Shown here: positions 21,501 to 31,099 of the stretch, piece by piece
How the letters are laid out: each line of letters begins with the position of its first letter
Position numbering within the stretch: the first letter of the stretch is position 1
From: an uncultured virus (IMG/VR IMGVR_UViG_3300023109_000019)
Taxonomy: Duplodnaviria; Heunggongvirae; Uroviricota; Caudoviricetes
Direction: 5' to 3' (one strand)
DNA length: 64,000 nt
Virus record (IMG/VR): IMGVR_UViG_3300023109_000019
Notes under the pieces: model-generated
What the model saw: the letters and a program-made list of their open reading frames with translations, nothing else
Told to the model about the DNA's origin: nothing
The model's database searches: none
Translations under genes and position numbers: made by a program

Positions 21501-24500
21501 TAAACGCTTCTGCAGTTTTAATTTTCATTGAACCGTCAGTTACAGCTTCAATTGCTTTATCTCTTGCGAACTCAATACCTTTAACTGTTTCTGTCAACTG
21601 TTCGTTAATAACTTTGTTTGTGCCTACAGTATTAATTCTATAAGCTGTACCATTCAGTACTGCGTTATGATTACTGCCTGTCAAGATATCAGTCTTAACA
21701 GCGTCAATTAACATGTTAACATCTCTCTTACATTTGTCACCGTCAAATACATAGTAACGATCATGTAAGTAACCTTGTAATTCATCAATGATGAAGTCTC
21801 TGTTACGTTGTAATTGCTTTCTTGCTAATGTTCTGTTAGGATCGAATGAAGCCTTAACCAATGTTGGCATTTCAGCAGCTTCGATATTAGTGTTATCAAT
21901 TAGATCAGCAATTGCATATATTAATTGAGCAGCTTCACCAGACTTAGCAAGACTTGCCGCAGTTCCATCTGTAAGATGATATGGACCTGTACTAATTGAG
22001 TCAGCAAGAGCAGAAACAAAAGTATGTGGTTGTTGACCTGATCCGCCATCTCCTACATTTAATGTAATCGTTGTAGCAGTTGATGATATAACCTTAACAC
22101 CTTTATTATAGAAAGGATGATGTGGTTGTGGTGCAGCGTGATTTGTTACTCCGCCACCTTGACCCATATCACAACTAAACGTAAATCCGTTTGGCTTCAG
22201 ATATACAACACTGCCTGTATCAAGCAAATGACCCGCAGGTATCGTTGCGACAAATATTCCAGTAGCAGGATCGTAGCTTGCATCAGTTGCAGTGAACTTA
22301 GGATTAGTCTGAGCTTGTTGAACACCAGCAACGATAGGACCAACCTGACCAGCAAGTCTTCTGAATGCAAGTTGAGTTGGTAGGCGTTGTTCGTAAGGCA
22401 ATACATTGATTGCTTCTCTTAAACCTGAAACGTTAGCAGTATCTTCGTAATTAGATAATGTTCTAAATTGACCTTTTACTTCAATTGGTAAAACGTTAGT
22501 TGAACGTTGCTGTTCGTAATCAGCAGATTGTGAATCAAACTTACGGAAGTAATAATCAAATACTTCTAATAGATTTTCGTTTCCGCCGTATTCAATATCA
22601 CGAGATAACGCATCAACCATGATACCAATATCTCTTTCACAAACTGCGCTCTTGAATGGTAATCCGTTATGATCATCTCTGAGCATATCAATTACAGCCA
22701 AGGATAAGTTTTCAGATTGACCGTCAATTGCCTGAGCAGCATCAACCATATCTAATTCATAGTTAGGTTCAATATACTTAGGTAAGAAGTCTAAAGTATT
22801 TTCACTAATGACCTTAGTAATAATATTAACTCTATCTCTTCCAAGATTAGCAATTTCAAATCCGTAGTCTGATCCTGATTCATCTTGACTTACAGCGTTT
22901 CCTGTTGTGACAGTAACTGTTATATCTCTGATGATTTGCCATACCACTTCAGCAATATGTTCCCATGTTTTATATGTTGGTTCAACTTGATCTGCAGGTA
23001 ATACAGAAACCGCATTTTCAAAATACAATCTTGCGAAGTTAACGGAACATGTATTTCCACCAAACTTAACATCTTGAATAATTGAATCTACAAGATAACC
23101 TGTATCTCTCTGACAAGCAGCATTATCATAAGTTAGAGTTGGGAACTCTTGAGCAATATAAGCAGCAACTTCAGCTTGAATAAACGCTTTGTTTAATAAG
23201 ATCTGATTACCAGCATTATTATGTCCATCACTCAAAGCAGCAACTGCGCCCCATCGAGTTGCCGATGCAGAACCGCCACCCATAATAGTAGTGATTTCAT
23301 CAAACGATTGATTGGCTCTTGTTAAAGCAGTACCTGTAACATTTGGATCAGCAGCAACCTTAGCCTTAAGGAAAGCAACCGATGCAAGTGTCTCTGTCAA
23401 CTGATCGTTGATTACTTTATTTGCACCTGCAGAACCAGTTACATAACCGAGTCCCATAAATTGAGAGTTCCAATTACCGTCTGTGGCAATATCTCTTCTT
23501 ACCGCATCAAGAATGAATCCTGAATCTCTTGTACATTTTTCTCCATCAAACGTGAAGAATTGCGTATCAAGATAAGCAGAAACATCTTTTGCCAAGTATT
23601 CTTTGTTTTGTTGTAATTGTTCTCTTGCGTATTGACCTTGAGAATTGTAAGTAACTTTAGAAACACATTCTTTAGCAACCGATACAAACGTATGGGCTCC
23701 ACCTGAACTTGCTATAAGTTGAACTGTAACATCATTACCAGAAACCCCAATAACTTGCATTGGTGTTCTATAATTGAAATCACCTTTTCTTGGGTATGAA
23801 TGTTCAGTTGCATTACCATCCTGTGCACAAGTAAACGTGAATGAATATGGAGTAAACTCAACATAATCTTCCGTTGTTAAATCGTGTCCTGGAATTGTTA
23901 TTACTGATGCACCAGATACTGCGTTATAAGTTGCAGTTGTTGGTGTGTAATGTTTAACGTAAGATGCAGGATCTGTAAATACTAACGCATCAGAATCAAT
24001 AGCTCCAACGTCCGCTCTAACAAAGGTATGAACCCCTCCAGTGCCTGTACCGATATTCATTGTAATACTATCAGCAGTAACACTTAAGAGTTCTACAGGT
24101 GTTCTATAAGCAGGATGATGAGCAGCAGGTGCAGCATGTTCTGTAACACCACCGTCGAGATCACAAGTCATGATAACCGAGTTAGGCTTGAGCATTATCA
24201 TATCACCAGCTTCAAACGCGTGCTTACCAATAAAGGCAACAAACTCACCAGTAGATGCATCGTATGTAGCATTATATGGAGTATGAGTTGAGATGTATTT
24301 AGCAGTCTTAACACTGTTAGCAGTTGCAGATACAAATGTATGAACTGATACATCAGAACTTGGTCCTACATTAACTGTAAACGAAGTGGCTGATGTTTGT
24401 GCAACAACGACAGGCTTCTTATAAGCAGGATGTTGTCTTTCGCCTTTGATTGCGTTTGTGATAGCAGAAACAAATGTATGTACTCCACCGCCATTAGCAA

Positions 24501-27500
24501 CCGCTCCAACATTACAACCAATTGTGTCTCCATCAACAGAAGTAATCTTTACAGGCTTCTTATAAAATGGATGATGTGGTTCAGGTGCAGAGTGAGTTGT
24601 TAGATTACCATCTAGTTCACAAGTAAATGTAATACCTCTTGTGGCAAATTCAATCTCATCTCCAATTGTTAACTTATGAGGACCGATGTTAGCAGTAAAC
24701 TCACCAGTTGAAGGTACATAACTTGCAGTCGTTGGCGTAAAGCTTGCGATTGTAGTTGTAGGATAAGTATGTTGAGTTGCATTCCCATCAGTTGCACAAG
24801 TAAATGTTAAACTGTCAGGAGCAAGTAATACTTCATCTCCGATTTGTAAATCGTGAGCACCAACTGTAATCTCTGTTAAACCAGTTACTGGGTTGTAAGT
24901 AGCATTAGACGGAGTATAGATTTTGTTACCTGAGTTCAGGATTTGCTTAACTTTATCAATTGCTTCGTCTGATCTATGAATTGAAGCTGAATCGCTTAAT
25001 CCGATAATTTCTGTAATTGAATTATCAGCAGCGGATACAAATGTATGAACGTTTGAACCACCTGTTCCTACCATACATACGATTGTATTTGTAGTTACCG
25101 AATGTACTGGGCAAGGATGATTGAAGTAAGGATGTCCTGCTGCAGGTACAGCATCGTTTTGAACTCCGCTACCTGTATCACAACTAAATACAATACCGCC
25201 ATCTGAGAACTGAACGTAATCACCAGGCTGTAAAGTATGCTTACCAACTGTTGCTTCAAACCTTCCTGTCGTAGGATCGTAACTTGCAGTCGTTGGAGTA
25301 AACTGAGCACCTACCGCATCTGCTGGCATTATTGCATTAGTTACCGCTGATACAAATGTATGAGGATAGTTAGTTGATTTTCCAACTTGCATTGTAATTG
25401 TAGTATCATCGTGAGCAATGATTGGGCAAGGTTTGTTATAATATGGATGATGCGCTTGTGGTGAAGGATGATTTGCTACGCCACTTCCTGCGTCACAACT
25501 ATGAACGATTCCTTCAAACGCAAATCTGATATGATCACCAGTAACCAATCCATGACCTGCTCCGATAGTTGCGACCATAATACCTGAAGCAGGATTATAA
25601 GAAGCATCTGATGGAGTAAATCCTACAGTCGTATTATTCAATCGAGATTTTAAAGTATCCATTGAACCGAGAGTTTGTGGTAGCTGATTATTAATAACAT
25701 TATCAGCAAGTGTAGTACCTGCTCTATATGCAATACCTGTTTGGATTGCGTTATAGTTTGATCCTGTTAGAATATCTCTTTCAACCGCAGGTAAAATATA
25801 TTGAGTTACATCTCGACGACACTTGTTAGAATCATATCTGTAATAAGTATCTTCAACATATCCTTCGATCATATCCTGTAAGAATGTTCTGTTGGCTTGT
25901 AACTGCTTTCTTGCATCTCTTTTTGCTGCAGGGATACTTGAGTTATTAGACCAAGTAATATTATCACCAAGCGTTGATACCGCATTAGGTAACGCAGAAA
26001 CAAATTTATGTTCATCAACGATCGCTGATTTACCTACATCAATTGTAATCTTGCTTGCGTTTGCACCAAGTACTTCAACTGGTACGCCTGCCGCAGGATC
26101 GCCTGCTCTTGGGTAACCAGTTCTTGTTCTATGATTATCTCTTGTGCAACTAAATACCAATCCGCCTGTCTTTAACAGAACGTATGAACCTTCAGACAAT
26201 CCATGTCCTTTAGTAAACGCGTTTGGCGTTGCACTTACGAAGGTATGAGGTACTTGTCCTGTTCCACCTGTTCCAACGTTTAACCTAACCGTTGTAGCAG
26301 ATACACCAATAACTGGGCATGGTTTGTTATAGTAAGGATGGTGAGCAGCAGGTGATGCATGATTTTGAACTCCTGAACCCATATTACAACTAAATATAAT
26401 ACTCTCAGGTTTCATCCAAATATGATCACCAGTTTTTACCTCATGTTTAAGACCAACAGTTGCTTCCAAAATTCCTGTAGCAGGATCGTAGGTTGCAGTT
26501 TGTACTGTAAGGCCTTTAGAACCACCGAGTGTGATAACTGATAAACCAGTAGCAGGATCATAAGTTGCGGTAGTAGGATTAAACTTGGTACCTTTATTTT
26601 CAAGGATCTGTAAAATGTTATCATACGAATCATCTAATCTATCAGAGGCAACATATGAGTCACCGTCAATTAATTTATTCGTTTGATCTTTTAATCTTTC
26701 GTATGCAGCGACTGTTTCGTTGTTCTGATTTTCCATAACAGTTTTTGCAGCCATCATGTAATAAGCACGGCCAGCAGTTACTGAGTTATAGTTTGTGTCG
26801 AACAACATATCGTTCTTAACAGCAGGTAAAATATAATCAGATACATCTCTACGACAAGCTTTACTATCATAAGCATAGAACTCATCGTTATTTTCGATCC
26901 AATCAATTAATTCGCCGGTGATTAGTTCTTTATTGTCTTGTAGAAGTCTTCTCGACGCGGTACGAGGTGTTGAAGTATCTCTCCATATAATCGGGTTGAT
27001 GTTCTCTTCACCGTACTCAAGGACATTTAAAAGTTCACTAAAGGACGTTTCAATTCTTTGATTGATTTCACTGTTACCTGTAATGAATACTTGTTTTGTT
27101 TGATCTCTTAAGTATTCCAATGCACCTTTTGTTTCTTCAAGCTGTTCTCCAGGTACAACATAACTGATAGGTGATCTATAAGTAATACCACCTAAACGAC
27201 CCCAATAGTTGGTATCGAGTGCAATGTCATAACCTGTTCCATCAAGTACAATACCTGAATCTCTTAAACATTTTTCTGAATCGTATTCTTGATAACCTAA
27301 TCCGCCGTTAGCAGTATTAGAAGTTAAGTAATCGACCATATCGTCAATAACTAAATCTGCACTATAATCAATACTTTGTGCAAACTCTGTATTACCAACA
27401 ATTGTTTGTGTTGTTGATTTTGGAGCAAAGAACTGAGTTGTTCCTTTTGCTCTCATTGATATATCACCGAACTGAGTACCTGAGTTGTTCAGCGTCATCT

Positions 27501-29751
27501 GACCACCGTTCAGTGCATAGAACGCACAACGAACAAAGATTGACAATGAACCAATACCGTTAACACCAGCACCATCTCTAGCAACATATCCTAAACCGTT
27601 TTGAGTACGAGGTGTAAAACCAAAACAAAGTACGTATGTATATAATGAATCGGTATCAAGTACTCTTCTATCTGCAAGTACACAACCACCACCACGACCA
27701 ACCGCTCTGTTAGGGAAGTCGTCAATTCCGATAGATTGAATTTTACCTGTACCACCAGATTCTGAAGTTATTGTATCACCAACCGCGAATCCTTGACCGT
27801 TCTTAAGGTTACGAACTCGAATCGTACGAAGATTAGCAACATCTCCAGGAACTGTACCTTGTAGAGCATCTAATGAATCGTCCCAAGATAAGTAACCTAC
27901 ACCACCAGATGAGAATTGAATTTCATCATCAAGTTTCCATAAACTGTCGGCAGGTGTTGAACTGTTACCAGTAATGTTTGTTTCAAGTACAAATGTTTGG
28001 CCAAGGTCAGCAAGAGTACCTTTTGAATTATAAGGATTAAGAGGTGGTTCAACATCTTGACGTAAGAAGTTAGATAACTGAGTACTATCTCTTAAGTAAG
28101 GTGAACGTAATAGTTTGGCACCAGGTCGATAAGCAATCGCGAATCCACCTTCTGGGAAATCAAAGTTATCAACTTTAAAGTTCTGATAACCAAATCCTTG
28201 AACGTAACCACCAGAACCAACTAAGATTCCGTTATTGTTTTCGTATCCAGGAAGTAGTTCGATTACTGTAGCATACTGACCTGCAGTTGAAGTACAAGAA
28301 CAGTCATCAGGCAACATCAAGTTACCTTTTGTATAATAAGTACCAGGACCTACTGAAATATGAACAGCGTTATTAATTGCGTTACGATTTAATTCGCCGC
28401 CTGCTTTTTCTAAACAAAGTTCAAACGCTCTTTCCAAAGTTTTAACAGGAGCTAACATTGTTCCTAAGTTTGAATCATCGCCCGATGCGGCATCAGCGTG
28501 AACTTTGAGTGCTTGTGCAGTTGATTTAGATACTTCATCAAATAATTGCTTATATGAAATCTGTTCGGTATCACCTGTCTTTTCGTTACGAATGGCAAAG
28601 TATGATTCTTCATCCATTGGTGCTTCGAATTCTTTCGTAAGATCCATGTCGAAGTCGGCAAGTCTGGATCTATCAATTACACCGCCAGTAAATGTTGATT
28701 GCTCAATTCCACCATTTTCAAACGTGGAGTTATTTGCACCAAGACCGTCAGCAGTACTTGATCTGATTGTCATATTCGTAGATACAACATTTTCCATTGT
28801 ACCTGTGAATTCACTATCAACAATTTCACTACCTGAAATTAATGATCGGTCAATTGTTGAATTCGTTAATGTTACATTGTTTCCTGTACCATCATTAAAT
28901 TCTGAACTTGTTATGACAACGTTATTAGCAGTTGAATCTGTAATCGTACCAGTTGTGAAGTCTGAAGCACTGATGTCTGCATTAACTACAGTTCCATCAG
29001 TATATGTTGAGTTTGTAATATCGACAGCATCAGCAGTTCCACCACTGATATCGGAATTATTAATATCACCGTCATTAAAGGTAGATGCATTAATTACAAG
29101 GTTGTTGGCAGTACTGTTTGATAATGTACCATCAGCGAATGATGAGAAGCCAATCGTTAAGTTGTTTGCTGTACTATCGGTGATTGTTGAATCATCAATA
29201 GTTGAGTTAGTTAATGTTACATTATTTCCTGTACCATCATTAAACTCGGAATTAGTTATAATACTATTATTAACAGTAGAATTAAAAATGCTAAAGTTAT
29301 TAGCAGTTCCGGTGAATAAAGTAGTATTATCGAAAGTGTTATTATTACCTGTACCTTCAGAGAAGTCTGAATAAGTAATCGTAATATTATTTGCTGTGTT
29401 ATTTTCGAGATGACCTAAGTTAAAGGTCGAATAAGTCATTACAATATTGTTGGCATCTGAATTCGTAATAACTGTGTCGTCGATTGAACCACGTCGGAAA
29501 ATAGTATCTTCAATTTCAGAGTTGTCAATTTCAACATTGTTGAGTCGCGAATCAGACATGACCACACCGGAGATAGTTCCCCCAGTGATTTTAATTCTAG
29601 AAAAGATTTCATATTGAATTGCTTCAACCAATTCCTTTCTAGTAATATTACTCGTACCATCGTCACCCTGTACAAGATTGACAATAACAAACAGATCTTC
29701 TGATCTGGTATTGCCACCGGTAATCGGAGGTAGTTCTGAAATTTTTGCCAT
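18508..29751 (-). CDS. Giant virion-associated protein (3747 aa): N-terminal beta-solenoid, pectin-lyase-like region, 11-12 phycobiliprotein/photoglobin-like repeats and nine His/Cys-rich beta modules
   Basis: Single ORF behind a TATAAATA late promoter; CxRD repeats at aa 828, 966, 1311, 2073, 2213, 2371, 2674, 2814, 2978, 3166, 3327; H(T/K)FV(S/R) modules. The ORF is certain; the function is inferred. Confidence 0.8.
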   Translation of the reverse strand: MAKISELPPITGGNTRSEDLFVIVNLVQGDDGTSNITRKELVEAIQYEIFSRIKITGGTISGVVMSDSRLNNVEIDNSEIEDTIFRRGSIDDTVITNSDANNIVMTYSTFNLGHLENNTANNITITYSDFSEGTGNNNTFDNTTLFTGTANNFSIFNSTVNNSIITNSEFNDGTGNNVTLTNSTIDDSTITDSTANNLTIGFSSFADGTLSNSTANNLVINASTFNDGDINNSDISGGTADAVDITNSTYTDGTVVNADISASDFTTGTITDSTANNVVITSSEFNDGTGNNVTLTNSTIDRSLISGSEIVDSEFTGTMENVVSTNMTIRSSTADGLGANNSTFENGGIEQSTFTGGVIDRSRLADFDMDLTKEFEAPMDEESYFAIRNEKTGDTEQISYKQLFDEVSKSTAQALKVHADAASGDDSNLGTMLAPVKTLERAFELCLEKAGGELNRNAINNAVHISVGPGTYYTKGNLMLPDDCSCTSTAGQYATVIELLPGYENNNGILVGSGGYVQGFGYQNFKVDNFDFPEGGFAIAYRPGAKLLRSPYLRDSTQLSNFLRQDVEPPLNPYNSKGTLADLGQTFVLETNITGNSSTPADSLWKLDDEIQFSSGGVGYLSWDDSLDALQGTVPGDVANLRTIRVRNLKNGQGFAVGDTITSESGGTGKIQSIGIDDFPNRAVGRGGGCVLADRRVLDTDSLYTYVLCFGFTPRTQNGLGYVARDGAGVNGIGSLSIFVRCAFYALNGGQMTLNNSGTQFGDISMRAKGTTQFFAPKSTTQTIVGNTEFAQSIDYSADLVIDDMVDYLTSNTANGGLGYQEYDSEKCLRDSGIVLDGTGYDIALDTNYWGRLGGITYRSPISYVVPGEQLEETKGALEYLRDQTKQVFITGNSEINQRIETSFSELLNVLEYGEENINPIIWRDTSTPRTASRRLLQDNKELITGELIDWIENNDEFYAYDSKACRRDVSDYILPAVKNDMLFDTNYNSVTAGRAYYMMAAKTVMENQNNETVAAYERLKDQTNKLIDGDSYVASDRLDDSYDNILQILENKGTKFNPTTATYDPATGLSVITLGGSKGLTVQTATYDPATGILEATVGLKHEVKTGDHIWMKPESIIFSCNMGSGVQNHASPAAHHPYYNKPCPVIGVSATTVRLNVGTGGTGQVPHTFVSATPNAFTKGHGLSEGSYVLLKTGGLVFSCTRDNHRTRTGYPRAGDPAAGVPVEVLGANASKITIDVGKSAIVDEHKFVSALPNAVSTLGDNITWSNNSSIPAAKRDARKQLQANRTFLQDMIEGYVEDTYYRYDSNKCRRDVTQYILPAVERDILTGSNYNAIQTGIAYRAGTTLADNVINNQLPQTLGSMDTLKSRLNNTTVGFTPSDASYNPASGIMVATIGAGHGLVTGDHIRFAFEGIVHSCDAGSGVANHPSPQAHHPYYNKPCPIIAHDDTTITMQVGKSTNYPHTFVSAVTNAIMPADAVGAQFTPTTASYDPTTGRFEATVGKHTLQPGDYVQFSDGGIVFSCDTGSGVQNDAVPAAGHPYFNHPCPVHSVTTNTIVCMVGTGGSNVHTFVSAADNSITEIIGLSDSASIHRSDEAIDKVKQILNSGNKIYTPSNATYNPVTGLTEITVGAHDLQIGDEVLLAPDSLTFTCATDGNATQHTYPTTTIASFTPTTASYVPSTGEFTANIGPHKLTIGDEIEFATRGITFTCELDGNLTTHSAPEPHHPFYKKPVKITSVDGDTIGCNVGAVANGGGVHTFVSAITNAIKGERQHPAYKKPVVVAQTSATSFTVNVGPSSDVSVHTFVSATANSVKTAKYISTHTPYNATYDASTGEFVAFIGKHAFEAGDMIMLKPNSVIMTCDLDGGVTEHAAPAAHHPAYRTPVELLSVTADSITMNIGTGTGGVHTFVRADVGAIDSDALVFTDPASYVKHYTPTTATYNAVSGASVITIPGHDLTTEDYVEFTPYSFTFTCAQDGNATEHSYPRKGDFNYRTPMQVIGVSGNDVTVQLIASSGGAHTFVSVAKECVSKVTYNSQGQYAREQLQQNKEYLAKDVSAYLDTQFFTFDGEKCTRDSGFILDAVRRDIATDGNWNSQFMGLGYVTGSAGANKVINDQLTETLASVAFLKAKVAADPNVTGTALTRANQSFDEITTIMGGGSASATRWGAVAALSDGHNNAGNQILLNKAFIQAEVAAYIAQEFPTLTYDNAACQRDTGYLVDSIIQDVKFGGNTCSVNFARLYFENAVSVLPADQVEPTYKTWEHIAEVVWQIIRDITVTVTTGNAVSQDESGSDYGFEIANLGRDRVNIITKVISENTLDFLPKYIEPNYELDMVDAAQAIDGQSENLSLAVIDMLRDDHNGLPFKSAVCERDIGIMVDALSRDIEYGGNENLLEVFDYYFRKFDSQSADYEQQRSTNVLPIEVKGQFRTLSNYEDTANVSGLREAINVLPYEQRLPTQLAFRRLAGQVGPIVAGVQQAQTNPKFTATDASYDPATGIFVATIPAGHLLDTGSVVYLKPNGFTFSCDMGQGGGVTNHAAPQPHHPFYNKGVKVISSTATTITLNVGDGGSGQQPHTFVSALADSISTGPYHLTDGTAASLAKSGEAAQLIYAIADLIDNTNIEAAEMPTLVKASFDPNRTLARKQLQRNRDFIIDELQGYLHDRYYVFDGDKCKRDVNMLIDAVKTDILTGSNHNAVLNGTAYRINTVGTNKVINEQLTETVKGIEFARDKAIEAVTDGSMKIKTAEAFNEIIDIMVNGRAAADAIVYGTAGPGPSRLNGRSQLLNNRTFLIAEMTAWLAANRPSLSYDVAKCERDTGYALDAIAHDIQFGGNFATLNFTKLYFENGVNVGLPLDQVEPSAAAFAHLGDCAKLIVQDTDIGGLKSAGNTETQNVLGANAGVLVGGIAESLFDITSTAVSSGTMLMAPSQVFPDPASFGTVNQTAYAEIEAIKDSVGTGLLAYLSEFFQVLPYSETKCRRDTGYIIDAISHDIQYGGNAATVQTAGMYFENAVNTGLQIEQRMGTRDAFLHLAKIVEHVVGGKSITTTMFPRTGKYYTGDIVTKYEYWNGIPSYSNTAQDMATVGANPDTCIAARKLTEIIANAVDDNIETRNTIPERIDVLQTWMADSFVTSKEAVERRSDIFAEAVITYLSKEWNALSFPDAKCRRDIGYIIDAISHDIQHDTNFATLQSAGIYFENGVSVLPVDTQNQYADILQLLGDAVEQVVQEIPVTNASNYTLTPQNTLGTAATATEGTQVHALVGIIEQSIRDNDTDAIPRPTSTAGWVDAELTAAASKIVDNTEELAADVTEFINSNFKVLDYSKAKCRRDTGYLLDAFSFDLNFGGNSASRWNADFYFWNQVYRLPEDQRTPTAKSYRQLGKICKDIVIGEYPGQSILGELGTEVESKKVEGLANIFYETQLYNDTKYLPVLLEADYTYSNSIFTDAQSIIGQRRKQLQKDTVRHVNSAYNFIDINLARRDARNLLTAVVNDFAYDKFNPDVPQPTYSDNGSQNAVRTYTASFFNYDGTHVFPVFNPSDSTLGLKYKGSVSSFADLSTITGMKPKWSYIVATDYTTNFYAGDIYYWNGSAWTAAGQNNTDLLDAFAGAWTRMKTYINTNLAPDAEHQNMITGLFDDCLTDNILRPETLIFGSLVESIAHQFNGASAGVNRNALPLNFRNLGAAISAIASVLNENGGRIRWSGADELNNQYFARGLRINGRTGRIEGRPFTSSVRKLARRASNSRAVV

Positions 29752-29782
29752 CTTTAGTCTATTCCTTGTGGTATTACCTTAT

Positions 29783-29790
29783 TATTTATA
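29783..29790 (-). promoter_or_regulatory. T4-type late promoter TATAAATA
   Basis: Exact consensus about 30 nt upstream of the giant gene ATG. Confidence 0.8.
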
Positions 29791-29800
29791 AGACCAGTCT

Positions 29801-31099
29801 TTAATTGCTTTCGTTATTAAGCTTGTTTTCTAAAACATTTACCTTATCACTCAATTCTTTTATTGCATTTATTAGCAATGGCACTAGTTGAGGGTATCTT
29901 ACTGCTTTGTAAGTATCATCCTCCATTTCAATATTATATACTACTTCCGGTACGAGTTCTTCAATTTCCTGAGCCATAACCCCTGGTAAGGTTTGTTCTG
30001 GTCGGTCCTTATAATTAAACTCGTATGTTTTAATTTGTTCTAATGTTGCGAGTCCCTTCTCAAGAGGAACTATATTTTCTTTTAATCTTATATCTGAGAA
30101 GGATCCTGCCGACGTTACATCACCGGCGAATACTGCATCTCCACTATTACCATCAATCTCGACCTTAATGTTTGATCCGCCTTGATAGTATCTTGATACA
30201 TTTGCGCTAACATCATGATGATAAGTTTTCTCACCACCACTACTAGAAGTATAATGGTACTGATCACCGTAAGTATATACTCCGCTATACACATTCAGGT
30301 TTGCCGCAAAATCAACTAACCTTACATAGTCACCATTTAGGTACCTACTTATTCTTGCGTAACCTTGAGTACCTGAAGTTCTGCCTTCTAAGAAAGCATA
30401 GTTATCGTCGTCAACATAACCACCGGTTCCAATAAATTTGTTACCTGTGTAAGTATCAAGTTCACCTTCACCGTCAAATGATATTACACCACCTGATGTA
30501 ATGTTAATTCCATCACCGCCTGATAATGAGGCTATTACTCTCGCATCGGTATAATAAAGATTTGTTGAACCTTCTGAGATATCATCAGTACTTAATCCAC
30601 CACCGCCTTCACCGATTGTTAAAGTACCAACTGTTAGGCTGCCTGTAATTACTGCATCAGGAACTGTTAACGTACCTGCCGTTGATAACTGAAACTTATT
30701 TGCCCCTGCACCAGTATCAATAATAAAGTTACCTGGGCTTGAATTTTCTAAACCAACATCCCAACTTAGTGATCCATCTGAATAACGTGTTTGACCGCCT
30801 GTACCTGTATATAAGAATGTTGCTGTTGTTGCTGAAGCACCGTTGATTTGTATTGGGCTATTGAAATTAATTGTTCCGCCACCAGTAATGGCACCAATAG
30901 TATCTGCACCAAGCAAAGTACTTGCCGATAAATTAGTAGCAGTAAAGTCACCAATTAAAGTAGCATCACCTTCTGTGGTTTGGCCACCAACTCCAGCAGT
31001 CAATACGTTACTCGCAAGTACTGTAACCAACTGATTGGTCTTCGTTAACCAATTCTCAAAGGTTTGCGAAGTATTTAATTGTCCTATATTCGTTGCCAT
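29801..31099 (-). CDS. Short fibre protein with C-terminal peptidase S74 intramolecular chaperone
   Basis: N-terminal TFENWLTKTNQL; C-terminal SDIRLKENI...GVMAQE...VRYPQLVPLLINAIKEL. Confidence 0.8.
   Translation of the reverse strand: MATNIGQLNTSQTFENWLTKTNQLVTVLASNVLTAGVGGQTTEGDATLIGDFTATNLSASTLLGADTIGAITGGGTINFNSPIQINGASATTATFLYTGTGGQTRYSDGSLSWDVGLENSSPGNFIIDTGAGANKFQLSTAGTLTVPDAVITGSLTVGTLTIGEGGGGLSTDDISEGSTNLYYTDARVIASLSGGDGINITSGGVISFDGEGELDTYTGNKFIGTGGYVDDDNYAFLEGRTSGTQGYARISRYLNGDYVRLVDFAANLNVYSGVYTYGDQYHYTSSSGGEKTYHHDVSANVSRYYQGGSNIKVEIDGNSGDAVFAGDVTSAGSFSDIRLKENIVPLEKGLATLEQIKTYEFNYKDRPEQTLPGVMAQEIEELVPEVVYNIEMEDDTYKAVRYPQLVPLLINAIKELSDKVNVLENKLNNESN

Noticed and set aside
28505..29374. 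289-aa plus-strand ORF
   Set aside because: Antisense of the beta-solenoid region; no SD or independent motif
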